From the IMG/VR virus record IMGVR_UViG_3300028393_000022: a stretch of 64,000 nucleotides of DNA; one strand, 5' to 3'. The notes below the pieces were generated by a model. It saw only the letters and a program-made list of their open reading frames with translations, searched no databases and had not been told where the DNA came from. Position numbers and translations under genes: made by a program. This document shows, in pieces, positions 63,769 to 64,000 of the stretch (positions are counted from its first letter, which is position 1; every line of letters begins with the position of its first letter). The stretch is from a virus.

Positions 63769-64000
63769 ATGACCGAGAACGAAAACGAACGCCAAAAAGT
63801 AATCGATTACTGCAAGCTCATGCTGGGCGATGGTATGATCGATATAGAATTAGATCCTGCACATTACAATACTGCTATTGATAGAGCCCTAAACAAGTTC
63901 CGTCAAAGAAGTAGCAATGCTGTAGAAGAAAGTTTTGGATTTTTAATGGTAGAGGTTGACAAAAACGACTATGTTTTACCATCAGAAGTTATGGCCGTTC
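63769..64000 (+). CDS. gp13: Neck protein gp13-like (3'-truncated; absent from ORF track)
   Basis: MTENENERQKVIDYCKLMLGDGMIDIELDPAHYNTAIDRALNKFRQRSSNAVEE...YVLPSEVMAV matches the gp13 N-terminus (DY....LG...I..E....). Confidence 0.85.
   Translation, partial: MTENENERQKVIDYCKLMLGDGMIDIELDPAHYNTAIDRALNKFRQRSSNAVEESFGFLMVEVDKNDYVLPSEVMAV

Noticed and set aside
1-64000. Stop-codon reassignment (alternative genetic code)
   Set aside because: Core genes are full length in the standard code, and TAA, TGA and TAG all terminate genes at sensible positions.

Overview
64-kb segment of a large T4-like (myovirus, probably jumbo-size) dsDNA phage genome, consisting almost entirely of the virion morphogenesis region. 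Left arm (minus strand): a giant >4160-aa baseplate protein that the ORF track misses because it runs off the window, then gp6-, gp25-, gp5- (with C-terminal GH19 lysin), gp27-, gp53- and gp48/54-like baseplate genes. A sigma70-driven block follows (late sigma gp55, gp47/gp46 Mre11-Rad50 nuclease, two Hc1-like basic proteins, a compact GIY-YIG nuclease) and then about 500 nt of non-coding DNA that appears to encode a large structured RNA. Next are gp26/gp51-like tail chaperones joined by a candidate -1 frameshift, the tape measure, and the head module (portal gp20, core proteins, protease gp21, scaffold gp22, capsid gp23). A cluster of Ser/Thr/Gly-rich fibre proteins is interspersed with a 2OG-Fe(II) oxygenase, a cupin and a glycosyltransferase. 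The window ends with a Nudix hydrolase and neck genes gp15, gp14 and gp13. A TAAATA late-promoter motif precedes most structural units, often only 4-7 nt before the ATG. No tRNA, rRNA, CRISPR array or transposon was seen. All product calls come from motif recognition and synteny, not from database searches.
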